Below, in pieces: positions 39,872 to 46,666 of a stretch of DNA of 46,666 nt. The notes beneath the pieces are model-generated. The model searched no databases, was not told where the DNA came from, and saw only the letters and a program-made list of their open reading frames with translations. Numbering within the stretch: the first letter of the stretch is position 1; each line of letters begins with the position of its first letter. Origin of the DNA: Bacilli bacterium (GTDB lineage Bacteria; Bacillota_I; Bacilli_A; RFN20; CAG-826); the NCBI GenBank assembly GCA_017542885.1, contig JAFXWH010000131.1:1-46666 (forward strand), written 5' to 3'. The translations under genes and the position numbers were made by a program.

Positions 39872-41710
39872 ATGTGTGGAATCGTTGGCTATATTGGAGA
39901 ACATCAGGCAAGTGATATCTTGCTCGACGGTCTTAAGAAACTAGAATACCGCGGATATGATTCCGCCGGTGTCGCAGTGAGAAACGACGAGAACACAATC
40001 TCCGTCGTCAAGACAAAAGGAAGAATCAAATTTCTCAAAGCCAAGATCGAAGAAGGTCATGGCCTTTTCGGCACGTCTGGCATCGGCCATACCCGTTGGG
40101 CAACCCATGGTGAGCCGTCCGAGGACAACGCCCACCCACACGCCTCCGACGACTTCAATGTCGTTGCCGTCCATAATGGCATCATCGAGAACTACGACGA
40201 GCTCAAAGCCAAGCTCATCAGGAAGGGCTACTCCTTCTATTCGGACACTGACACTGAGATCGCCGTCAAGCTCATCGACTACTACTACAAGAAATACCTT
40301 CATACCCCATGCGACGCTATCTCGAAGGCCATGGTCCGTATCAGAGGCTCATACGCTTTAGCGGTCATGTTCAAGGACTACCCAGAAGAGATTTGGGTAG
40401 CGAGAAAAGATAGCCCAATCGTCTTAGGCGAGAAAGACGGCGAAGTCTATATGGCTAGCGACGTCACTGCTATTCTTAGCCACACCAAAGACGTCTATTA
40501 TCTCGACAACATGGAACTCGCCAGAATGAAGAGAGGAAGCATTGCTTTCTTCAACATCGATGGCGATGAGATCATCAAAGACACACAGAGGATCGTCTGG
40601 GAAGCTGAGGCCGCTGAGAAAGGCGGATATCCTCACTTCATGCTTAAGGAGATCCATGAAGAGCCACGTGCCGTCAAAGACACCCTTTCCTCCTTGCTCA
40701 AAGAGAACGAAATCTCTCTCGAGAGATTAGGCATCTCTGATGAGGATCTCAAATCCATCGGTTCCATCACCGTTATCGGATGCGGTTCCGCCTATCATGT
40801 TGGCGTATCCGCCCAATACGTTTTCGAAGATATGGCGAGAATCCCAACCAGGGTTGAGCTCGCTAGCGAATACCGTTACCGTAATGCCCCACTTGATAAG
40901 AATGGCCTTGTCGTGGTCATCAGCCAGTCAGGCGAGACCGCTGATTCTTTGGCCGCGTTAAGAAAAGCCAAAGCGGAAGGTATCAAGACCCTTGGCATCG
41001 TCAATGTCGTTGGTTCCACTATCGCTAGAGAAGCTGATTACGTCATCCAGACCATCGCCGGTCCAGAGATCGCCGTCGCCACCACCAAAGCCTATAGCGC
41101 CCAGCTTATCTGCTGCTACGCTCTTGCCCTTAAGCTCGCGAAAGTGCGTAACTCCATCGACGAGGAGAAATACGCTTCCCTCATCGGCGAATTAAAAGAC
41201 CTTCCAAGCAAGATTGAGAAAATCCTCTCCGAAGAAGAGGACATCAAGAAACTTGCTAGTGAAATCAGAAACGCCAAAGACATCTTCTTCATTGGACGAG
41301 AGATCGACTATGCCACTTCTTTAGAAGGCTCACTCAAGATGAAGGAAATCTCCTACATCCACTCTGAGGCCTATGCTGCTGGAGAACTTAAGCACGGCAC
41401 CATCAGCCTTATTGAGAAAGGCACCCCTGTCGTTGGTATCCTCACTCAATCCAACGTTTATGAAAAGACCATCTCGAATCTCATTGAGACCAAGACCAGA
41501 GGCGCTCATATCATCTGTGTCGTGAGTGAAGACAAAGAGAAAGCCAATACGATTGCCGATGACCTCATCAGCATTCCTAATACCGCTGAATATTTCATGA
41601 CGAGCTTAGCCATCATCCCGCTTCAGCTTTTGTCCTACTATGTCTCGGTCCAGTTAGGACTTAACGTCGATAAACCTCGTAACCTTGCCAAATCAGTAAC
41701 GGTCGAATAA
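39872..41710 (+). CDS. glmS: Glutamine--fructose-6-phosphate aminotransferase (isomerizing)
   Basis: MCGIVGY N-terminal nucleophile, two SIS domains, C-terminal KPRNLAKSVTVE. Confidence 0.97.
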   Translation: MCGIVGYIGEHQASDILLDGLKKLEYRGYDSAGVAVRNDENTISVVKTKGRIKFLKAKIEEGHGLFGTSGIGHTRWATHGEPSEDNAHPHASDDFNVVAVHNGIIENYDELKAKLIRKGYSFYSDTDTEIAVKLIDYYYKKYLHTPCDAISKAMVRIRGSYALAVMFKDYPEEIWVARKDSPIVLGEKDGEVYMASDVTAILSHTKDVYYLDNMELARMKRGSIAFFNIDGDEIIKDTQRIVWEAEAAEKGGYPHFMLKEIHEEPRAVKDTLSSLLKENEISLERLGISDEDLKSIGSITVIGCGSAYHVGVSAQYVFEDMARIPTRVELASEYRYRNAPLDKNGLVVVISQSGETADSLAALRKAKAEGIKTLGIVNVVGSTIAREADYVIQTIAGPEIAVATTKAYSAQLICCYALALKLAKVRNSIDEEKYASLIGELKDLPSKIEKILSEEEDIKKLASEIRNAKDIFFIGREIDYATSLEGSLKMKEISYIHSEAYAAGELKHGTISLIEKGTPVVGILTQSNVYEKTISNLIETKTRGAHIICVVSEDKEKANTIADDLISIPNTAEYFMTSLAIIPLQLLSYYVSVQLGLNVDKPRNLAKSVTVE

Positions 41711-41720
41711 GCACTTCTTA

Positions 41721-41749
41721 TTGAAGAAATAGGTACATTTTGCTATGTT
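41721..41749 (+). promoter_or_regulatory. Candidate promoter for tRNA-Thr
   Basis: TTGAAG, 17-nt spacer, TATGTT, ~30 nt upstream of the tRNA. Confidence 0.4.
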
Positions 41750-41778
41750 ATTTAGGCGCTCAAAAAGCGTCTAAGAAC

Positions 41779-41854
41779 GCCGGCTTAGCTCAGCTGGTAG
41801 AGCAACGCACTTGTAATGCGTAGGTCTTCGGTTCGAATCCGGAAGCCGGCACCA
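41779..41854 (+). tRNA. tRNA-Thr (anticodon TGT)
   Basis: GCCGGCT-TA-GCTCAGCTGGTAGAGC-A-ACGCA-CTTGTAA-TGCGT-AGGTC-TTCGGTTCGAATCCGGA-AGCCGGC-A-CCA. Confidence 0.93.
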
Positions 41855-41868
41855 ACGTTCTGAATGGA

Positions 41869-41893
41869 GATCCTCGATTGAGGATCTTTTTTT
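41869..41893 (+). terminator. Intrinsic terminator after tRNA-Thr
   Basis: GATCCTC-gatt-GAGGATC followed by TTTTTTT. Confidence 0.75.
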
Positions 41894-41984
41894 GTGGAAT
41901 CTATTGACTTTGCTCATCGAAAAATGACAAACTACACAACGTTAATATTTTTAGAAGAGAGCTCGTTCTCTTCAGGAGAATTGA

Positions 41985-43256
41985 ATGCAACAAATTGCAC
42001 TTATGGCGGCCAGTTTAATAAGCGTAACAATAGGCGCCAAGCTAATGACTGAGCAAAAAGTCAAAAGCGATTCATATACCCTATCTCAGATAAAACAAGT
42101 TGTTTCCGCTATGGGTGAAGGATCTAAAGTTACAGGGATAGAAAACAAAGGCTCGGTTTATCTAAGCGGAGGTGAACAAGCGACCTTATATGACCTTGAT
42201 GGCGATGAAGGCTATCTCGTGTTGGGCGATAACTACAAAATCTATGATTATCAGCCAAACGTCGAACTGAACGAAAAGGCCTCGTTGAACGGGCTTGAAT
42301 TCAATCCTGTCAGTCGGTCTTTCATGACAGAAGACGAAAGATGCGTCTCTATAGTTGATAGAGCAGAGAGGGCAACAGATATGCCTGAGAGGAATTTGAA
42401 GGAGGGATCGTTTGTAGACTATGGTTGTGGCCAGATTTCAAGCGACCAACTCGTGAATTACGTTAATAACAAATTTCCTGGAGGCGAATTGGATGATGAG
42501 CACAGCATCCCAATAACAAGGTTCAGCCAGATGGAAATAAGTTGCTACTGGAAAGGAATAAGAAAAGACGGCGTTATTGAAGGATATACTAGCGAGGCGA
42601 ATTGCGGACTTTGTGCGGCATACACCGTTTTCCATTACTTAGTAAATTACAGTGCCTATAGAAATAGTTCGTTTGGTGGTTTCCCAAAACAAACAAACAA
42701 AACTAGATACTATCCAAGAAGTCAAGAGCCTGAAACTTATCAATGGGTGACTGACAACGTGGAAGATTGGCGATGTTTCCAAAACCATCCTGGATACGGA
42801 AGTTGGGAGGCTAAGGAATTTGATGGCCTTTATATCGCGTTAAGGCAAGCGGGACTGGAATTAGATCTAACCACCCCTTTTTCCGGTATCAGTACTGATG
42901 AAGTCGTTATTCAAATGGAGAGCGTCGCACATCAATTTGGACTCAACACTTTTCAGGCGACAAGAATAACAGACTTCAACGCATACACCGGAACTCCGGC
43001 CTTTAAAAACTTCCTAACTGGCGGAAAGCCTCTTTTCTTCGCTTCACGTGGCAGCACTTATGGCAATCATGACATGGCAGTTTCCGGATATAAATATTAC
43101 AAACGCACCGTCAAAGTCCTTTTCTGGGACAAGATTGAATGGGCAACCTTCCTTGAACTTGGCGATGGACATTCTCTTGAAACGATGTATTTTGATATAA
43201 CCAGGTATTTCTGGGAACACCATGGGGAGGCAGAGTTTATTAATTATGCTTGGTAA
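41985..43256 (+). CDS. Exported protein, putative papain-fold (C39-like) cysteine peptidase, 423 aa
   Basis: N-terminal hydrophobic anchor or signal: MQQIALMAASLISVTIGAKL. Candidate nucleophile context SEANCGLCAAYTVFHYL and candidate histidine context STYGNHDMAVSGYKYY resemble Peptidase_C39_2/BtrH-like proteins. A/T-ending codons (ATA, TTA, GAT) contrast with the neighbouring genes. Confidence 0.4.
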   Translation: MQQIALMAASLISVTIGAKLMTEQKVKSDSYTLSQIKQVVSAMGEGSKVTGIENKGSVYLSGGEQATLYDLDGDEGYLVLGDNYKIYDYQPNVELNEKASLNGLEFNPVSRSFMTEDERCVSIVDRAERATDMPERNLKEGSFVDYGCGQISSDQLVNYVNNKFPGGELDDEHSIPITRFSQMEISCYWKGIRKDGVIEGYTSEANCGLCAAYTVFHYLVNYSAYRNSSFGGFPKQTNKTRYYPRSQEPETYQWVTDNVEDWRCFQNHPGYGSWEAKEFDGLYIALRQAGLELDLTTPFSGISTDEVVIQMESVAHQFGLNTFQATRITDFNAYTGTPAFKNFLTGGKPLFFASRGSTYGNHDMAVSGYKYYKRTVKVLFWDKIEWATFLELGDGHSLETMYFDITRYFWEHHGEAEFINYAW

Positions 43257-43878
43257 AAAATTATTATTGTTGCCTGCCGTATCTGTTCTTCTGGCATCTT
43301 GTGATGGGAGCGGTATTAAAATCGGGCCAGGTTCGGCTATGGTCATGGGCGCTCAATGCGGAGATATTGTTTTCAGCATTCAAAACAACAACACAAAAGA
43401 GATGGTAGGCACTATGAAGTTCCTGCCGCTCGAAGAAAACAAAATATCAATCGTGTTTTCCTTTAACAACTCCCTAGATGAGGCTTTCGTTTTCACTTAT
43501 AGTTCAAAAATCTTTAGCATAGCTAGGCATTGGGACGTTGATGAGACCACCAAAGCAGAAGATAGGTTCTTCAACAATTATCCCTATGTTGAAAAAAGTG
43601 ATAGCCTCCATGGAAAGCTTTCTAAAATAGTTTTCGAAGGAGTAACGAGCAGTGTCACAGAAGGAACGTCCGCCGTTCAAAGAATAGCCCTTAACGGAAG
43701 CGGCATTTTAACATTCGAATACAATGCCGTTTTTGATCCTTCCAAGCATTTCTACGCTTGCGAAGGAACTTCTTATATATCGTCGGGTTTCTCATTGCTA
43801 AATAAAGACGGTACCAAAGTAGGAGAAGGGTGCCACGAATGGTACTACGTCTCAAACAAAGACCTTTTCGAATTTTGA
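43246..43878 (+). CDS. Small lipoprotein of unknown function, 210 aa
   Basis: I prefer the start at ATG 43246: MLGKKLLLLPAVSVLLAS-C lipobox. It overlaps the upstream gene by 11 nt. The sequence is beta-strand-rich. Confidence 0.6.
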   Translation: MLGKKLLLLPAVSVLLASCDGSGIKIGPGSAMVMGAQCGDIVFSIQNNNTKEMVGTMKFLPLEENKISIVFSFNNSLDEAFVFTYSSKIFSIARHWDVDETTKAEDRFFNNYPYVEKSDSLHGKLSKIVFEGVTSSVTEGTSAVQRIALNGSGILTFEYNAVFDPSKHFYACEGTSYISSGFSLLNKDGTKVGEGCHEWYYVSNKDLFEF

Positions 43879-43896
43879 TTATCAGCAATAATAACA

Positions 43897-43921
43897 AGCG
43901 GCATTTCTGGCCGCTTTTTTA
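43897..43921 (+). terminator. Intrinsic terminator after the lipoprotein gene
   Basis: AGCGGC-atttctg-GCCGCT followed by TTTTTT. Confidence 0.65.
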
Positions 43922-43930
43922 TTTGCGAAA

Positions 43931-43964
43931 AAGCAAAAAGAAAAGCCCAGCCATTGGCTGAGCT
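43931..43964 (-). terminator. Intrinsic terminator after rpsI
   Basis: Minus strand: AGCTCAGCC-aat-GGCTGGGCT followed by TTTCTTTTT. Confidence 0.65.
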
Positions 43965-43987
43965 TGATCTCGAAGTGAGTAAACGGA

Positions 43988-44383
43988 TTAACGTTTGCTG
44001 AACTGTGGAGCGCGACGGGCGCCTTTGAGACCGTATTTCTTTCTCTCTTTGACACGTGGGTCACGGGTAAGCATACCAGCGACTTTGAGGGTCTTACGAT
44101 CCTCGCCAGCTTCGAGAAGAGCACGGGCGATGCCAAGACGGATGGCCTCGGCCTGACCGGTGAATCCACCGCCGTAGACTTCGGCTTCGACGTCATACTT
44201 GGTTTCAGCACCGCTGAGAGCCAAAGGCTGTTTGAGGTTCTGAACAAGGGTGGCGTATGGCATGTATTCATTCACATCGTGGCCATTGACGACGATGGTG
44301 CCTTTGCCAGCTTTGAGGTAGACACGGGCGATAGATTTCTTTCTACGACCAGTGCCATAGAACTTAGTAACTTTAGTAGCCAT
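43988..44383 (-). CDS. rpsI: 30S ribosomal protein S9
   Basis: 131 aa, [13 protein letters not shown]...C-terminal RRAPQFSKR. Confidence 0.97.
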   Translation of the reverse strand: MATKVTKFYGTGRRKKSIARVYLKAGKGTIVVNGHDVNEYMPYATLVQNLKQPLALSGAETKYDVEAEVYGGGFTGQAEAIRLGIARALLEAGEDRKTLKVAGMLTRDPRVKERKKYGLKGARRAPQFSKR

Positions 44384-44394
44384 TTTCTATCTCC

Positions 44395-44838
44395 TTATTT
44401 GATTTCGAGAGCGACTGGTTTCTGAGCAGCCTGCTCGTGTTTGTCGTCAGCGTAGACGAAGCATTTCTTCATCATGGCGCGGCCAAGAGGTCCTTTTGGT
44501 AACATACCCCAGACGGCTCTTTCGACCATTTCGACAGGGAACTCACGCTTCATGGTGCCAGCGGAACGGGTTCTGAGACCGCCGTTGTAGCCGGAAACGT
44601 TGTAGTAGTTCTTCTTGTGTTCTCCATCGGCCTTGCCAGTCAATTTGACCTGGGCGGCATTGATGATGATGACATAGTCACCAGTATCTTCGTTTGGAGT
44701 GTAGATCGGCTTGTTCTTACCCATTAAAACCATAGCGACCTGGGTGGCGAGACGGCCAAGGATGACATCTTTGGCGTCGACGACGTACCAAGCACGTTTG
44801 ATTTCAAGAGGCTTAGCAATAGTGGTTTGACGTTGCAT
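44395..44838 (-). CDS. rplM: 50S ribosomal protein L13
   Basis: 147 aa, RAWYVVDAKDVILGRLATQVA..., VINAAQVKLTG. Confidence 0.97.
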   Translation of the reverse strand: MQRQTTIAKPLEIKRAWYVVDAKDVILGRLATQVAMVLMGKNKPIYTPNEDTGDYVIIINAAQVKLTGKADGEHKKNYYNVSGYNGGLRTRSAGTMKREFPVEMVERAVWGMLPKGPLGRAMMKKCFVYADDKHEQAAQKPVALEIK

Positions 44839-44868
44839 AATCTTTTCCTCTTTCTTCTATTAATGCAT

Positions 44869-44886
44869 GCCACCGATTAGGGTGGC
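44869..44886 (-). promoter_or_regulatory. Stem-loop in the rplM 5' leader (possible L13 autoregulatory leader)
   Basis: GCCACC-ctaatc-GGTGGC on the transcript, 31-48 nt upstream of the rplM ATG. It lies downstream of a TTGCAA...TGcATAATA promoter-like element at ~44900-44935. Confidence 0.3.
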
Positions 44887-45030
44887 CCTAAAATCAGTGC
44901 TCGTATATTATGCACATGCGCCAAAGGAGTTGCAACAACTTTTTTGGCAAAATGTAAATTATTGTAATTATTATATAATTACCCGATTATTCTCAGTATT
45001 TTTGTGTCACTTTTTAGGCGTTTTGACAAA

Positions 45031-45054
45031 GAAAAAGAGGGCTAAAGAGCCCCC
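45031..45054 (-). terminator. Probable terminator after yebC
   Basis: Minus strand: GGGGGCT-cttt-AGCCCTC followed by TTTTTC. Confidence 0.5.
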
Positions 45055-45072
45055 TTATATCCTTTAGTAAGA

Positions 45073-45783
45073 TTAGATGTTGTTGACGTTGTGGTAAACG
45101 TTCTGGACATCTTCGCACTCATCAAGCATGGCGAGCATGTCTTTGATCTTCTGTGCATCCTCTGGAGAGAGGTCAACGTATTCGTTTGGAAGGAAGGTGA
45201 CTTCAGCAGAATCGAAATCAGTGACTCCGATGCCAGCAAGGACTTCCTTGGCCTTCTCTAAATCGCCAGGGGCGACGGTGCACTCGACTTCGCCATCTTC
45301 GTATTCGACCTTCTGGACGTCGACATCACCAAGGATGAGGTTCTCTTCGGTCTCATCACGCTTGGCCTCATCGCCTTTGAAGGCAATGTAAGCAGCGTAG
45401 TTGAAGTTATAGGCAACGCTTCCCATCTTGCCACCCTTCTTGGTGACGATGGTTCTGACGCCGACTAAGGCGCGGTTGACGTTGTCGGTTAAAGTGTCGA
45501 CGATGATGAAGCTTCCGCCTGGGCCGAAGAATTCATAACGGCCAGGAATATAAGCGACTGAATCTCCGCCTTTAGCCTTCTCAATAGCTCTGTCGATGAC
45601 ATCGCGTGGGCAGGTTTTGCGGTATTTTTCGATGGCGCTTCTAAGCGCAAGGTTGCTCTCTGGGTCAGGGACACCGCTCTTAGCAGCGGCATAGATCTCC
45701 TTCGAAGCGCGCATGTAGATGGCGCTTTTTGCTTTGGCAGACGCGGCCATTGCGGCGGCTCTTACTTCAAAATGTCTTCCCAT
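45073..45783 (-). CDS. yebC: YebC/PmpR-family DNA-binding / translation-associated protein
   Basis: 236 aa. N-terminus MGRHFEVRAAAMAASAKAKSAIYMRASKEIYAAAKSG and the three-domain YebC/TACO1 layout. Confidence 0.9.
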   Translation of the reverse strand: MGRHFEVRAAAMAASAKAKSAIYMRASKEIYAAAKSGVPDPESNLALRSAIEKYRKTCPRDVIDRAIEKAKGGDSVAYIPGRYEFFGPGGSFIIVDTLTDNVNRALVGVRTIVTKKGGKMGSVAYNFNYAAYIAFKGDEAKRDETEENLILGDVDVQKVEYEDGEVECTVAPGDLEKAKEVLAGIGVTDFDSAEVTFLPNEYVDLSPEDAQKIKDMLAMLDECEDVQNVYHNVNNI

Positions 45784-45816
45784 AAAAAGCTCCTTAAGAA
45801 ACTAGTGTATTCTACC

Positions 45817-45832
45817 ACTGCTAATTAGCAGT
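45817..45832. repeat. Perfect 16-bp palindrome ACTGCTAATTAGCAGT between truA and yebC
   Basis: Read directly from the sequence. The extended hairpin spans 45812-45838. A T-run follows only on the plus strand, where there is no upstream gene. Confidence 0.6.
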
Positions 45833-45846
45833 AGGTAGTTTTTTGT

Positions 45847-46578
45847 TTAATAGATGACGTCTTCTAGGCATAGACCCGAAGGATCTGCCTTGAAGGAAAT
45901 GATTTTCCTTTCCTTGGCATCGAGGGCTTTTTTCACTTCCTCGAGCGTCATCTTGCTTTCCCCTACTCGCATGGCGACACCGACCATGGTCCTGACCATG
46001 TAGGTCATGAAACCGTTCGCGGTGAGAGTGACTCTCATATGTCCCTCATGGAGGTTGAAGGTCATCTCTAGGATATCACGGATGAAGTTATCTTTATCGA
46101 TTGGTTTTGGGGTGAAGTTCTTGAAGTCGTGTTTTCCAAGGAAAATACGCATGGCTTTTTCAAAGAGGTCGAAATCGAATTTCTTGTATTCGAGTTGGTA
46201 CTCAGTGACAGCGAAAGGATCTCTTGGTCCGTGGTGAAACGAATAAGAATAGACCTTCTTGGCCGCGCTGTGGCGGGAATCGAAATCATCGTCTTTCTTC
46301 TCCATCGACTTGATGAAGATGTCCTTTGGAAGAAGACGATTAAGGGAGAAAACCGCGGCACTAAGATCTTTGATCTCTTTCTTTGGCTTGAAATTACATC
46401 TTTGGCCAATCGCATGAACGCCTTTATCCGTTCTTCCTGAGCCATGGATGGTCATTGGATAGCCAAGATAGGTTGAAAGAGCCTTCTCAATCTCGCCCTG
46501 GATGCTTGGGTGATTCTTCTGCTTCTCAAAGCCGAAGTATTTGGCTCCGTTATAGGAGACGACCATCACGTAGTTCAT
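45847..46578 (-). CDS. truA: tRNA pseudouridine(38-40) synthase TruA
   Basis: GSGRTDKGVHA catalytic motif. I prefer the start at ATG 46578 (MNYVMVVSYNG) because it forms an ATGA overlap with the upstream ORF stop. The track ORF extends to 46596. Confidence 0.9.
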   Translation of the reverse strand: MNYVMVVSYNGAKYFGFEKQKNHPSIQGEIEKALSTYLGYPMTIHGSGRTDKGVHAIGQRCNFKPKKEIKDLSAAVFSLNRLLPKDIFIKSMEKKDDDFDSRHSAAKKVYSYSFHHGPRDPFAVTEYQLEYKKFDFDLFEKAMRIFLGKHDFKNFTPKPIDKDNFIRDILEMTFNLHEGHMRVTLTANGFMTYMVRTMVGVAMRVGESKMTLEEVKKALDAKERKIISFKADPSGLCLEDVIY

Positions 46579-46666
46579 AAGGTCGTGATCCCCCAAATCT
46601 CTTTAAACGCATCAAGCTGCATGATTGACAAAGTCAAACATCCACCGAATATGGCTAAAACGATAA
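46575..46666 (-). CDS. 3' end of a membrane protein gene (possibly ECF transporter T component, by synteny); the gene runs off the right edge
   Basis: My own translation gives ...IVLAIFGGCLTLSIMQLDAFKEIWGITTL-stop, open to the window edge. The TGA overlaps the truA ATG. The ecfT assignment rests only on the common ecfA-ecfA-ecfT-truA-rplM-rpsI order in Bacillota. Confidence 0.35.
   Translation of the reverse strand, partial: IVLAIFGGCLTLSIMQLDAFKEIWGITTL

Noticed and set aside
44867-45067. 66-aa plus-strand ORF between rplM and yebC
   Set aside because: It lies in the promoter/leader region of rplM and across the yebC terminator. It has no RBS and an AT-rich, implausible sequence.

Overview
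This is a 46.7-kb chromosomal segment from a bacterium that uses the standard genetic code (TGA is a stop). GC content looks moderate and most genes favour C-ending codons. Lipobox lipoproteins, truA-rplM-rpsI synteny and a type III glutamine synthetase suggest a Bacillota or wall-less Mollicutes-like lineage, but the taxon cannot be fixed from this window.

Most of the content is housekeeping:
- Nucleotide salvage: hpt, then prs-apt-NCS2 permease-upp.
- A tightly packed pyrG-glnA(type III)-purA block followed by glmS.
- recN with a PhoH-like ATPase, nrdI, two pseudouridine synthases, yebC and rplM-rpsI.
- A heterodimeric ABC exporter.
- Four tRNAs: Leu-TAG, Ile-GAT, Val-CAC and Thr-TGT.

Accessory or poorly understood content:
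- A translationally coupled SWIM zinc-finger plus SNF2 ATPase pair.
- An ECF sigma / membrane protein / secreted HExxH protease operon with atypical codon usage.
- An HTH-MNT/HEPN toxin-antitoxin pair next to tRNA genes, with tandem operator-like repeats.
- A tRNA-Thr-adjacent two-gene island: a putative papain-fold cysteine peptidase plus an overlapping lipoprotein.
- Large lipoproteins, an orphan 449-aa protein and several unexplained intergenic motifs.

I saw no CRISPR array, rRNA, integrase, transposase or phage genes. Nothing here is demonstrably a new system from sequence alone. The best candidates are the cysteine-peptidase/lipoprotein island, the ECF-protease island, the SWIM-SNF2 pair and the permease leader.
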